Positions 11,907 to 25,498 of a stretch of DNA of 64,000 nt are shown here, piece after piece. Location: assembly GCF_964355755.1 (NCBI RefSeq), contig NC_092670.1, positions 15,610,795 through 15,674,794 on the forward strand, in the 5' to 3' direction. The notes beneath the pieces were generated by a model. That model was not told where the DNA came from, searched no databases, and worked only from the letters and a program-made list of their open reading frames with translations. Made by a program: the position numbers and the translations under genes. How positions within the stretch are numbered: position 1 is the stretch's first letter; each line of letters begins with the position of its first letter. This DNA comes from Antedon mediterranea (Eukaryota; Animalia; Echinodermata).

Positions 11907-14900
11907 ATGGAAGCATATCACCATTGGTTTCACCACTCATCTTCCATTGGAAAGCGTGATGTCCCTGTCAATTACACGAGTGTATTTTCTACAAACGATG
12001 GACAAGCAAATATTTGCCAATTGACACTTTTTCTCATATGGGTCACTATTATCTCTTTCTGGACCTTCAGACGATTTTTTCATCGTAAGCCCTTACCAGA
12101 AACTTCGGCTTATGACAATAAACCTGTTGAAGATGGCGTCGTTCAGAAAACGGAAGATGAAATTACACATCAACGAAAATTACAGAATGGACATTTGAAA
12201 AAACCGCTTTTAACAAATGAAGAAACCGCAAATATAGACGAATCGGCAGAAGTATTAGAAGATAAATCACCAACCCAACCAGAAGAAACTACCAATACAA
12301 AAAGTCAATTTTCAAAAATTAAACCACCCCCTACATTTGATACATTTCTGTTTTACTGCATTGTTTTCGGTGCGTTTATGGTGTTCTTCTATCTTTGCGA
12401 TTCTAAACATGTCTTTCCTGCCGGAGAACGTGAATATTCCAGAGATTTGTTTGTTTTCCTTTGTTTCATCTTGTTTGGTGTTGGATGCTATTTTACAGTT
12501 CAAGTGAACGAGGATAAGATTCTAAACAGGTAGGTATAATTCATTACTTACAAGCAAAGCAATGGATTTATGTGTTTAGCTTTTTTAATGTTCAATGTTC
12601 AACTACTCTACTACTATACTATCATACAGTATCCCTATCTTGGCTAATTTCTGATTTACTGAGTACTAACAGTAATTTACAGTTAACCCCTTTTCACACT
12701 GCATAAAAATTGTAACAATAACATTATTATTTTGATCTTGATTTATTAAACATTTTCATACACGCACATTCTCAAAGTATAGCTGGGCGCTATTTTATAA
12801 TTATTCACAGGTTCACTGGTTCACTCGGAACAGAAATTGGCCTCTCCCGAAATATCATAGGCCCCCTTTTCCGAAAAATTGCCTTCACACTATGAGAACT
12901 TTTTATCAAACAGATTAAAAGGGTACAGTATACAAATCATTATTCTCTGATAACAATAAATCATGGAGCTATAATATAGCTCCATGAATAAATCGATAGA
13001 AAAGTCTAATACCCATTCATGCATGTTGTTGTCTTTAGAATCTGTGAGGTGTGTACAGTGTCTTTTGTATTGTAGTACAGATTCTATTGTATAGTACTGT
13101 ACCATGACTGTACTACATCACTACACATCAAGTATTTTAACGCCCAATTGTCAAGGTTATTGCTGTTAATTATGTGGACTTATTATATAAATAATTTAAA
13201 TAAGTTTCGCAAACTCACTTTTACCAGCAAAATAATACATAAAAAGAACCTGTACAATTATACACAAAAAAATGATCTACAGTGGGACACCCCTATTAAC
13301 TCACTCACTTCTCCCTTGCCATCTAAACGACCTTTTCGCTCCTAATAATACCGTTCATAAATATTATACTAGAACAAGAAATAACATATATATCCCTAAC
13401 CATAACACCAATTATTTTCAACATAGCATTAGATATTCTGGACCTCTATTGTTTAACAATTTACCCCCCTCAATTTCCTGTGCTGCCAACCGCTATTCAT
13501 TTAATAATAACATAAAAAATTACCTTTTGTCTCATTACTGATCGATCTGTTTGATATGGTCGTTTTTTCCATGTTCCGTGACTTGCTATCTTTATTATTC
13601 AATTGTCATCATATTCGCTATATGCCATGCAGCTGTACTTTTTTCTGTTCTTTTTTTATTTTTTATTCCAACTTTTATCTACTGGTTTTATATATATTTT
13701 GTATTTCTTTATTGTTTAATTAATTTATTTTCTTTATTTATATATTTTTTTTTTTTTTTCTTCTCTTATTTAAATATTTTGTAAAGGCAATCCCGTCACA
13801 AGATTGTAATCTTTTTGGGATTTGCCTTCGTCCATTTTCTTGTTTTATCACTTGCCATTTTGTTTTTGTTACTTTTGTCTTTTGGACGTGAATAAATGTT
13901 CCTTGAATTGAATTGAATTGAAATTAAGGGGACACTTTTTTTGTGAAATGAATTAGAAGTTTAGTAAAACATTAAGACTATTTAGGGAACTAGTCTGTGT
14001 TCTCGACATGATAATCTTTTAATCTTTAGATTTATGGATGTATAGTATAAAGTATTATTTGTATTATTTGTTATAATATGGCGTGAGTGCAGACTACATT
14101 ACTGTATGTTATTAGTAGTTTAGTGCAATCTGTTGTCTTTAAAAAAAAAAGATTAGAGTTCTTCCTAAATACCAAAGCCCTCAGTAACCAAGTCCTACGA
14201 GCCTTTCCATAACCAGGCCCTCCATCACCACGCCCTACGAGCCCTTCCACCACTAGACCCTACAAGCCTGTCCATAACCAGACCCTTCCATAACCAGGAG
14301 GCCCTCCATCACCACGCCCTACGAGCCCTTCCACCACTAGGCCCTACAAGCCTGTCCATAACCAGGCCCTTCCATAACCAAGCCCTACGAGCCATTCGAT
14401 AATCAGGCCCTGCCATAATCAAGCCCTTCCATAATCAAGCCCTACTGTACGAGCCATTCCATAACCAGGCCCTCCATAACCAAGCCCTACGAGCCTTTCC
14501 AAAAGCAGGTCCTTCTATAACCAAGCCCTACGTGCCCTTCCATAACTAGGCCCTTCCATAACCAAGCCCTACGAGCCCCTCCATAACCAGGCTCTTCCAT
14601 AACCAAGCCCTACGAGCCCTTCCATAATCAGGCCCTTTCATAATTAGGCCCTTCCATAAGCAAGCCTTATCAATCATAACCAACCCCTACCAGTATAAAG
14701 TGTAAATTATACCAAATAGAAGTTATTTAAGAGTTTTTTTTTTACGACAAAATCACTCCTAAAGTTTGATTTTAATGATGAAAATGCAATTAGCTATCTA
14801 AATATCATATTATATACAATTTCCACTTTATACCAGTGGTAGGGCTTGGTTACAGTATGATTGATGGCTTGGTATTAAATGATTCATTGATAGGGCTTGG

Positions 14901-17900
14901 TTATAGATGGCTTGGTGTTTAGGAGGACCAAACAGATTGACTCAATGATGACAATCTTTAAATCTTTTGATAATCATGAGATTTGTTACGTTTGTTGAGC
15001 CTGCTAGATTCTAATCATCATCTGTTGAAAACAACATGTACAGTAAATAGACATTATTAATATTGATTAATTCTGATATTGTATCATCTGTGCAATGCTT
15101 TTGTTTGTCAAGTCTCCTGAGGTTAATGTGTACTATCATACCTACTGTACATCAATAATAATGTACTTAATAGCCTGGTAGCTACCAGCTGTTGGATGTA
15201 GTCTTGTGTACACGTCCACAGGTAGCTTTCGGATGGTAAAAGAAATGGAGGTACTGTAATTAACAGAGTGACATTTTTTTGGAGACACAAGCGATGACGG
15301 TCAGCCCCCTCCTCCTGAAAGACCCTGTACACATGGGTTTGGTAGGCGTGTTTGAAAAGTTTATCTTTACCCAGGCTACAGTACTGTAGTTCTACAGTAG
15401 GTTAGCAAAATTCAAAAGTAAAACTAAAAACAAAACCTCAAATTTAAAATGTATTTACGAGAGTGTGCGTTTTTTTTAATGAATAAAGAATCAAAGTAAA
15501 TTCACAACCAATAAATACTATATAATGTACATACTGTAAAATGATGTTTTAATTAAGTATTCAATTATCTTAAAAATGAAAAACTTCGGCCTATTATATG
15601 CATTCGTTTTGTACTGATCGGATATTGTGATGATTAGGATTTGGGGTAGCACTAACATTTCATTTTGTTTAGCCATTTGGCGAAAGTCAAAATATTTTTT
15701 TTAGTCAAATCAGTTTATCTATAGCCAAAATGGCTAAAGTCAAATTTTTTTATTTAGCCAAATGAATCGGTTTATAGCCAAAATTTAAAATTTTTGAAAT
15801 ATAGTGGTAAAAATATTTTAGTCAATTTATCTATGTCAACAGGTCTATACACTGTTCCCTGAACATTTTTGTAAGGCATTGAGATAAAGAACCATGCCTA
15901 AATCACTGTATGATTAAAAAAAATATTTTTTTTTGTATTTTTTTTACATGATCAAAACAATTCTTCAAATTGTTTTTAATCATACAGCATTTATACAGTT
16001 ATCAATTTAATAAGAAACATTTAACAGTTTTCTGAAATCCCCTGAACGCTATGTTACTTTTGTTTTTACGCTTGGCTGGTCATGGCGTACCAGGCGAAAA
16101 TCGTGTCCTAGAATCACCGCCGCGCAGCGGGTTAATGTTTTTAAATTGGGTATGCTCAAGAGGTGCGAAAGTGCAGAACCGCCGGCCTAGGCCTACAAAA
16201 TTATGTACAACAACGCAACGGTATATCGTATGCTAAAAATATTGAGGAAAATTCCTAGCAAACGAACACTCGTATCGTTCTTAAAAGTAAGATAATATAG
16301 GCCAAAGCACAGAGTACACGTCTTTCCATCCCTCAAGACTGCGCCGAAGCGTTTCTGTCAGGGCGAGAAATTTCCGATTATTATTTATTTACACAAAACA
16401 ACACAGAATTAAGCCGGCGACCGGCCCCGCTCAGATGCACGTGTGTGTTTAGCTAAATCCCCGTTAGACTCTACCATTTCCCGCATGTTGTTTTGTTTAC
16501 ACTACTGACGCACGAGGGAAGTTTATTAAGGCTAAAATATGAAACTACATTAAATTGGAAGACTCTAAAATGCATAACGCATACATTTTTGATTTCGATA
16601 AGATTAAGACGTCATTCATCGAAGATACTATAATGTTTCTTTTTAATCTGAAAAGTACACCCCTATCGAAAAAATAGACAATCCCGGTAATTAGCCGACC
16701 GTCGGCTACGTAGTCGATCGTTTGTGCAGCGCACAACACGTGATAGTTTGGGTAGACTTCATCATCCATGTGTCGTGTAACGTCTTTCTCTCTGTGCAGT
16801 CTACCTCTGCTATCCATCTTTTTGAAATAACAAAGAGACGCCTGGTACAACGAAACAAGTTTACGAAAAATCGAGCTTGAAGTAAACAACGTGATAACGA
16901 ACAAAATAAATGCTTGGAGATCGACAAATGGACGTTTTAGTTGGACTTTATGCTTTCGCCAAAATGATTATTTAATTATCTATTTTATCATATGTCATCG
17001 CCAAAATGGCTAAAGTAGCCGTTTTATTTTTCGCCAATCTAGAAACGTTTTCGCCCATGGCGACTTGGCGATCGGCCAGTGCGAGCCTAGGATTTATTTT
17101 TGAAAAAATAAATGTTGTTCTATGGGACTGATTATATCAACCAAATACTATAACGAATGGAAACCGAGTATATTGGGCTTATGCGCAGATAAATATTTTT
17201 GTACAATGTTTCTTCATCTACCATCCCAAAACTAGTGTTTTACATTACATTACACTCCCCACCTTGTGTCAAGATTGCATAAAATATGTTGACAATGTTT
17301 ATTATTAGCAGAACCCCCTCTTAGGGATACAGTACAATACACCCCTAAAAAGGGGACACTCCCATGAAACAATATTGCATTGTTTTAACATTAACAGCCA
17401 ACCCGTTTTTGCAGATTCCTTAATAGTTATCAATTATCCCTTTTTGTTATTATTTTATAGTACTTAGTTTTTTACCTCTTTCCCTTTTTTTTAAATGATT
17501 TAATAATGTACAGTGTATCTTTAATGTTTTCACTAGAGATCAAACTGAAGAATGGAAGGGTTGGATGCAGGTGATGTTTGTGTGGTATCATTACTATCAT
17601 GCGCTGGAGACGTACAATATGATCAGAATATTTATTGCTTGCTATGTTTGGATGACAGGATTTGGTAAATATGAAAATCTTTTTAACAAACATTAACTTT
17701 ATTCCCCAACACGCATTGTGTGAGTTCTACTCCTTTTGTAAATTAAAATTTAATCACTAATTTGAGGAACATTGTTTGTGATTAGAAAATTGAATATTGA
17801 GAGCTACCCACCATATAATAAAATACCATGTTATGCCTTGGTGTATAAACTCTGGAGTTTTGCTAGGTATGAAGGGGGGTTACACACACAGTGGCACATA

Positions 17901-19134
17901 ACATTCAAAACACTGGTGTTAGTATCTAGACTACAGTAGTGTGAAAGGGATTTTTTTGTCTAGAAGCACTTGAAATTGAATACATAAGTGAGATTTTTTT
18001 GAGCAAGTAGTGTCCTGTACAGTAAGTAAGCCAGCTTTTTATTCACATGCTAAATCAATGACTTTGCCATAAGCTATGTTAAAGTTTGACGCCCTTCTCA
18101 TTTAATTGTAAAATAGCCAACCAATCTTTAAAGAAGTATTTACCTTAAATTAATACAGCTTGATATTTTTCTCAATAGGTAACTTTTCTTTCTTCTGGAT
18201 TCGTCAAGACTTTTCAATATGGCGCATCTGTAAAATGATGTTTCGTTTAAACTTCCTCGTTGTTTTTGTTGCCATGGTTACCAATAACCAATACGTGCTA
18301 TACTACATATGTGCAATGCACACGTACTGGTTCATCACCGTTTACGTGTTCATGCGTGTATTATCATCATGGAACACGCAACCGAACCTGATGGCTATTA
18401 AGTTTGCCGCGTATTTCATTTGTAATACAATTATTTTTGATTTGCCATACGTTGCTGATGTCGTGTTTACGCCGTTTTGGCCTATTCTATCGTTTAACAA
18501 TAGTCTACATGAGTGGAAGTTTCGTGCGAAGCTAGACCATTACGCCACATTAATTGGGATGATATCTGCTTACAATTACCCTCATTATGAACGGCTTATG
18601 AAATATCTGGACCAGAAACATATTGACAGACGAGATCGGATAATAACGATCGGTATAAAGATCATGTCATTGGGTATTTTAGGCATTTTTTTCATGACAT
18701 GGTGTTACCATTTTATGTTTATGGAACGCCACATGTATAATCACTACCACCCATACATATCATGGTTTCCAATCCTATCATTTATTTTTGTGCGTAATTT
18801 GTTTCCCGTTTTGCGAACGCATCACATCGGCTTATTCGCATGGCTCGGAAAAATCACACTGGAAACATACATAACCCAGTTTCATATATACATGCAGTAC
18901 AACGCAAAACAACTTATTGTTTTCATTGATGGATATCCGTTGATGAATTTTGTCGTTTTAAGCGCGGTGTACCTCTTCGTCTCGTTCTATTTGTTCCGAT
19001 TGACAACTGAATTTAGTGCTTTTCTTTTTCCAAAAGATATGAAAAGAGTTTTATATCATTTTATTGGTATTGTTCTAATTTTTGGCATCTATTTTTGTAT
19101 CGCTTTTCTGCTTCGTGACACAGGAATATTATAA
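11907..19134 (+). CDS. RWA-like / Cas1_AcylT O-acetyltransferase, copy 2 (568 aa)
   Basis: Exons 11907-12529, 17537-17664 and 18179-19134 total 1707 nt in frame, with the same motifs and intron phases as copy 1. A likely non-coding first exon ends at 11157 (GTAAGT). Confidence 0.93.
13190..13925 (+). mobile_element. Internally deleted LINE remnant (CR1/L2/Crack-like ORF2 end and 3' UTR)
   Basis: Peptide [42 protein letters not shown] resembles the ORF2 C-terminus. 3' stem-loop aaggcaatccc..gggatttgcctt at 13784-13828, then AATAAA and a (ttgaa)n tail. Confidence 0.75.
14158..14929. mobile_element. Foldback-type element with subterminal tandem repeats
   Basis: Left end gttcttcctaaataccaaagcc vs right end ggcttggtgtttaggaggac. 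Left arm is many ccataaccaagccctacgagccctt units, right arm carries their reverse complement. Inner inverted pair gtataaagtgtaaattata / tatacaatttccactttatac. Confidence 0.7.
15643..17087. mobile_element. Probable non-autonomous hAT-like element
   Basis: 8-bp direct repeat taggattt on both sides (15635-15642, 17088-17095), imperfect ends gggtagcact / agtgcgagcc, and gccaaaatggctaaagt subterminal repeats at both ends. Confidence 0.55.
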
Positions 19135-19511
19135 TTCTACAACATTATAAGTTTATATTCCCCACACCCCACAGCCCCTTCCCAACACCCCACATCGTCA
19201 GAATTGATTATTTTATACGTCTAAGCAATTAGTTCGCTCCTTTTTTACGCAAAGCTGCGTTCCAATAGTTTTTCTTAACATTTATTTAATTTCAACCCAA
19301 AATAATGACAGAAACAGATTTTTAGAAAAACCTGTCGATTTATTTTAATTCTTCTATATTTATTCGTCACTTATGCCAAGCAGCATAATACAGTATTTAT
19401 TCATTGTTGCTGGGCAACTTAGAGTCTTTATTTTAATTTAAATATTTATGACCAGTGTTTTATGTATTTATGAAGTAAATCAACATCATCTTATATTATA
19501 TCATGGAGTAA

Positions 19512-19642
19512 TTATTACTCCATGATTATATACAGTAGTATTATGATGTGTTCAGGGTCGTAACCACCAGTAGGCCTATTACTCCATGATTATATACAGT
19601 AGTAATATGATGTGTTCAGGGTCGTAACCACCAGTAGGCCTA
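19512..19642. repeat. Direct tandem duplication of about 65 bp
   Basis: tattactccatgattatatacagtagta.tatgatgtgttcagggtcgtaaccaccagtaggcc occurs twice. Confidence 0.9.
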
Positions 19643-21191
19643 TGCTTGATAAGTTTTCAACCTGGACAGAAGACAGCCTTGTGGCCTGCACACAGGGGAT
19701 TGTTCCTATTTTTTGCGATCACAGTACTGCTTTAATTCTCTTGGCTATGGGACTTTTGTTTTAATAAAACAAAACAAAAAAGGAGAAACAAAATGAGAAT
19801 ATACATTTCACTAATAAAACAGGTTGAAATGTGGCACTGATAAAAATAAAAGTGCAGTGCCAATAACATTATTATTATCAGTTAATATTAATATTTCAAT
19901 GATGATGTGATTTATTAATTATTTTAGCTAACTAGTGATGGTGAAGGAGGTGGTTTTTCTTTTGGTGTTTGTCTACTAATCTCAGGTACTGGGTCAAATT
20001 CTTTATTTCACATTCAAGTAGAATAAGAGCTGAACTACTGTAAATAAAGAAAACGTATTTATATATAAATTGTTGCTTTGTTGATATATAGAGTAAACAA
20101 AATGCAATTACTGCAGTAACTGCAGTAGATTGAATTTTGACATGATCCCTTATACTGTTATTTAACTTTAAATTTCTTTATATAAAACAATTATCATTAT
20201 TGATTATTGTATAATTTATAGTGAACATATGATTATAAATATTCATATATTTATTTCAATAAAAAGAGATTTATAAAATATTATAAATGTTAATTATTAA
20301 TTAAATCCTTTTATATGCACAAGCAATAATTGTTGAAAATAATTGCAATAAAATTGAAATTCATATTTGGCCTAGATTTAAATGTCATCCTCATCTCATT
20401 CATAATTAAGACTAGATAGCAGATACTGCACAATTTCTAATATCATTTTTAAATAATATCATTCAGTAATATTTACTGATTTTTGCAGTCAGGCCAGTTT
20501 AATCATCATGAAGAGGGAAAATAATAAACTGTATGAACTTATTATTCTAGGTATAAAAAATATGTTGAATTGCATGTTATGAAGCTTTTTATTATTATAT
20601 TTATATTTTGTTTTTTAACTAAATTTTCGTTTGTTTCGTTTCTGTATGAACAAATGTAGGACTTTTGAAAAAGAATGAGGCAATATACTGTATCTTATTA
20701 TTTACATTAACCTGAAGTCTTTCAAAATATTTGATTAAAATAGTAATTGAACATGATATCATTTTAGTTTCATTTTTCACAATAAAATTATCAATAACAT
20801 TAGTATCATTTTGGAAAATTAATAATATATAAAATTAACCTTTGATTGGTATGTTTTCTACACTGTATGTCGGATATCCATGTTTGTATGGCATCAGGTG
20901 CGAATAAAAGGTGGTTTTTATTACATATGAATAATGTATTATTATACGTAAATATACAAATATTAATTATTTAATTATAATTAATTTACATACAACCTGC
21001 TAAAGTTCAGCACGCTCCCAAAGACTGGTAGATATTTGCCTGAAAATAAATATATACAGTAGGTTTGGATGGAGTAACTACTTACTGTATGCCTACATCA
21101 GTTTGTCTGCACTGCGCCCTTTTTAAACTTACTGTAATTGATTCCTTTTGAAAAGTTTGGACATTTTTACAACGAGTTGGCAGAGCATAAA

Positions 21192-24100
21192 ATGGAAGCA
21201 CATTACCATTGGATTCAGCAATTATCTTCCACTGGAAAGCGCGATGTCCCTGTCAATTACACCAGTGTTTTTTCTACAAACAACGGACAACAAGCGAATA
21301 TTTGCCAATTGGCGCTTTTTCTTATATGGGTTACCATTATTTGTTTTTGGACCTTCAGACGTTTTTTTAATTGTAAACCTTTACCAGAAATTTCTTCTTG
21401 CGACAATAAAACTATTGAAGATGGCGCTCGGAAAACAAAAGATGATATACCTCATGGACAGTTTGAATCAAATGAAGAAATCTCCAATATAAAAGAATCC
21501 ACAGAAGTAATTGAGGATAAACCAACAACACAACAAGAAGAAAGTACTAATACCGAAACAAAAAGTCCATTTTCAAAAATTAAACCACCCCCTACGTTTG
21601 ATAAATTTCTGTTTTATTGCATTGTTTTCGGTGCGTTTATGGTGTTCTTCTATCTTTGCGATTCTAAACATGTCTTTCCTGCCGGAGAACGTGAATATTC
21701 CAGAGATTTGTTTGTTTTTCTTTGTTTCATCTTATTTGGTGTTGGATGCTATTTTACAGTTCAAGTGAACGAGGATAAGCTTCTTAACAGGTAGGTATCT
21801 TAAACAATTGTTTACATTAGAGCAAAGCTTCTGAATCAAATGAACGTATTATATTAGTGTAGAGAGCTGCAGCCTCAATTCCCATCTGACTTATCTGCAA
21901 AGGAAGATGAGGATGTTGAACATGTTTATTATTGTTCAATGTACGGTAATTGCTGGTTTTTATTTATAGATAAATAGAAGCATCTGAATAATTTGTAACT
22001 ACTAATCCCATCTAATGTACCGTACTGTTTACAGCAGTAAGCTAACAGAAGACTTCGTTATTTGTTCTAGACCTCCCCCGAGACCTCCCAACTCCCGATA
22101 TTTGGAGTCATCTCTTTAAAAAAATGTCCTCCCGATATTCTGTGTAAACAAAAAAATATCTATTACTCTAGATAAAGAAATAAAAAGAAAATGTGTTAAA
22201 CATCAATCAAGATAAATTCATGTAGGCCTATTTTGACCTATAAATAACCTTTTAAATTTATATATTTTTAAATTTATGTAAATTTAGATATTTTTAAATT
22301 TATGTAAATTTAGATATTTTTATACTAGACCTACTGTTCAAATTATATTATAATACGGTATAATACCTGAATACTAAAAACTACATTGTTTAGGAGCAAT
22401 ATTTATTGCAATTGTTTCAAATATTTTTTGAATGCCAGATTTTAATATTCAGAGAGTTAATAGTTTTTATTTCATTGACTATTTGTTGCAATCTATTATT
22501 TTGTAATACATTAATACTTTTGGATTAAACAATATGTGAGGCTCTTGATATCGTTTGAAAATTGTCTGGTATATCATAATCCCGAGATTATTACTATTGT
22601 TTGCTTCCTGATTGCAACATCTGCATTATTTAACAATAGGCGTACAGTATAATTATTGTAAAAATTGTATTTATTGCAATCTGTTAATAATTTTAATACA
22701 GTAATCTTTTTGATTAAACAAATAATAATTACAGTAATCCTTTTCGATTGAACCATATGTCGCTTGAAAAATTGTCTGATATATAATAATCCCGAAATTT
22801 GCTAAAGTATCGTATTGTGTGTTTACTGATTACAGAATCTCTATTTTATTAGACAATACAGTTATATAATTTAAGTTATTTGTACTTCTGTTAATATTTT
22901 TAATACAGTAATCTTTTTGGATTAAACAAATAATATTTTTCTCTTGATAATATTTGAATCTCCGATAAATATCCTGAGATTTGTTAAAGTACGTTATTTT
23001 GTATTTTGTCGTCAACTGTTTAAATTTAGTAACATTAGGCCCTACATGAACATGCGTAACAATTCAAACAACTAGAATGTCAAATTTGTTGGATAGTAGG
23101 CAGCAAAACATATATATTGATCAAACCATGGGTACACTTGAGATCAATGATATGCATAGGCCCATGTAAGCCTAATCTGATTATCGATCTAATTAATCTG
23201 TAATAGAGTTGAATAATCAGTTGACTTGAATTTTCAAACTTTTTTGTAGACTTCTACAAATTTGTAGTTTGTCGAAGTTTACACTAACAAACATTGGACA
23301 ACCTTTCTTTCCAAATTCAGCGTTTTTTTCTAGTTTTTTAACTAATGTTTACTAGTGTAGACTTCTGCAATTTGCCGAAGTTTGTCAACTGGTTTATACA
23401 CTATCAAACTTATTGCTATTGATCAATTGTTTTTCGAACTAATATTTGCTAGTGCTAGCAAACTTGTTTTCTGCAGTTTTTCAACTGGTTTACACTAACA
23501 AACTTTGGACAATTTTTCTTGCCAAACTAGCTAAGGGTTGCTAGTGTAAACTTGTTTGCTGATATTTGTCAACTAGTTTACACTGACAGCCTTTGGAAAA
23601 CTTTTCTTGCCAAACTAAAAGTTTGCCCAAGTTTTTAAACTAAGATTTACTCCTGAGACATTTGCAAATTTACAGTATACATCTGTTTCCTTTCAACTTT
23701 CCAAATTCAGAGTAAATTATACAATTTTGAAAATTTTGATTATTAAATTCTTCACAGTTTATATTTGATTTATCATTTTGCTATCAATTATTGAATAAGA
23801 AACATTGAATATTATAATTACACATAGTACCTATGTCCCTCTTGCATATCTATTATTGTCTCCTCAGGGATCAAACTGAAGAATGGAAAGGTTGGATGCA
23901 AGTGATGTTTGTGTGGTATCATTACTATAATGCAAGAGAGACGTACAATATGATCAGAATTTTTGTTGCTTGCTACGTTTGGATGACAGGATTTGGTAAA
24001 TATGAAGTTATTAATTTTATTACCCAACACGCATTGTGAAGTTCTACGTATATCAATATAATTTTGTGATTTGTTTTCGATTGCGAGGTTGAAGTGGAAT

Positions 24101-25498
24101 GTTAATCAAAATATTTTTGTAGTTTTAATATTACAATGTTAATCTAGATGTAGGCCTACTTACTTTATTCCGAAAAAAATGTTCAGTTTTGGGCAGTAAT
24201 GGAAGTCTCATAATTAGTTACATTTGCATAAGCTATTTATTTTTATTTTTTTTATTATTAGGCAGGATAACATAATTCAGAAAAGAAAAGATCACAACAT
24301 TTCTTTTTTTTCAATATGGTCCTGCAATGAAACAACTATAAAAACTAAATAGAAAAATATAACAATTAGTAAATATAGAACGTTAATAATAATACGTGGG
24401 AAATACAATGATTGTTCAAGGGAGAAAATGGGCCCGCAAATTATTTCTAGAGGAAAAATATGTATTATTAATAACTGAACCCTACACTCTTTCACCTCCA
24501 CACACTTTAAGGAGTGCTTTAATACAATATTGTTTTCCATAGGTAACTTTTCTTTCTTCTGGATTCGTCAAGACTTTTCAATATGGCGAATATGCAAAAT
24601 GATGTTTCGTTTAAACTTCCTCGTCTTTTTTGTTGCCATGGTCACCAATAACCAATACGTGCTCTACTACATATGTGCAATGCACACGTACTGGTTCATA
24701 ACCGTTTACGTGTTCATGCGTGTATTATCGTCATGGAACACGCAACCAAAACTTATGGCTGTTAAGTTTGCCGCGTATTTAATTTGTAATACAATTATTT
24801 TTGATTTGCCATATGTAGCTGATATCGTGTTCACGCCGTTTTGGCCTATTTTCTCGGTAGACAACAGCCTTTTCGAGTGGAAGTATCGTGCTAAGCTAGA
24901 CTATTATGCCACATTTGTGGGAATGATATATGCTTATAACTACCCTAATCACGAACGACTTATGAAATATCTTGATCAGAAGCATATTGACAGACGAGAT
25001 CGGATAATAAGGATCGGTATAAAGGTCATGTCATTGGGTATTTTAGGTATCCTTTTCGGGACATGGTACTACTATTTTATGTTTATGGATCGTAAAATAT
25101 ACATTTACTATCAGCCGTACATATCATGGTTACCTATCCTATCATTTATTTTCGTGCGTAATTTGTTTCCCGTCTTTCGCACTCATCACATCGGGTTATT
25201 TACTTGGCTTGGAAAAATCACATTGGAAACATACATAACCCAGTTTCATATATACATGCAGTACAACGCAAAACAACTTATTGTTTTCATTGATGGATAT
25301 CCGCTTATGAATTTCTTTGTTTTAAGCGCGGTGTACCTCTTCGTCTCGTTCTATTTGTTCAGATTAACGACAGAATTCAGTGCTTTTCTTTTACCAAAAG
25401 ATATGAAAAGAGTTTTATATCATTTTACTGGTATTTCTCTAATTTTTGGCATCTATTTTTGTATCGCTTTTCTGCTTCGTGATACAGGAATATTATAA
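21192..25498 (+). CDS. RWA-like / Cas1_AcylT O-acetyltransferase, copy 3 (560 aa)
   Basis: Exons 21192-21790, 23868-23995 and 24543-25498 total 1683 nt in frame. Confidence 0.93.
23240..23660. repeat. Degenerate ~100-bp tandem repeats (gtttacactaacaaac..ggacaa..ttcttgccaaact)
   Basis: At least three recognisable units; one contains acactatcaaact, the TIR motif of MITE family A. Confidence 0.5.

Noticed and set aside
16545-16927. Overlapping minus-strand ORFs inside the hAT-like element
   Set aside because: No transposase, BED-finger or dimerisation motifs recognised.
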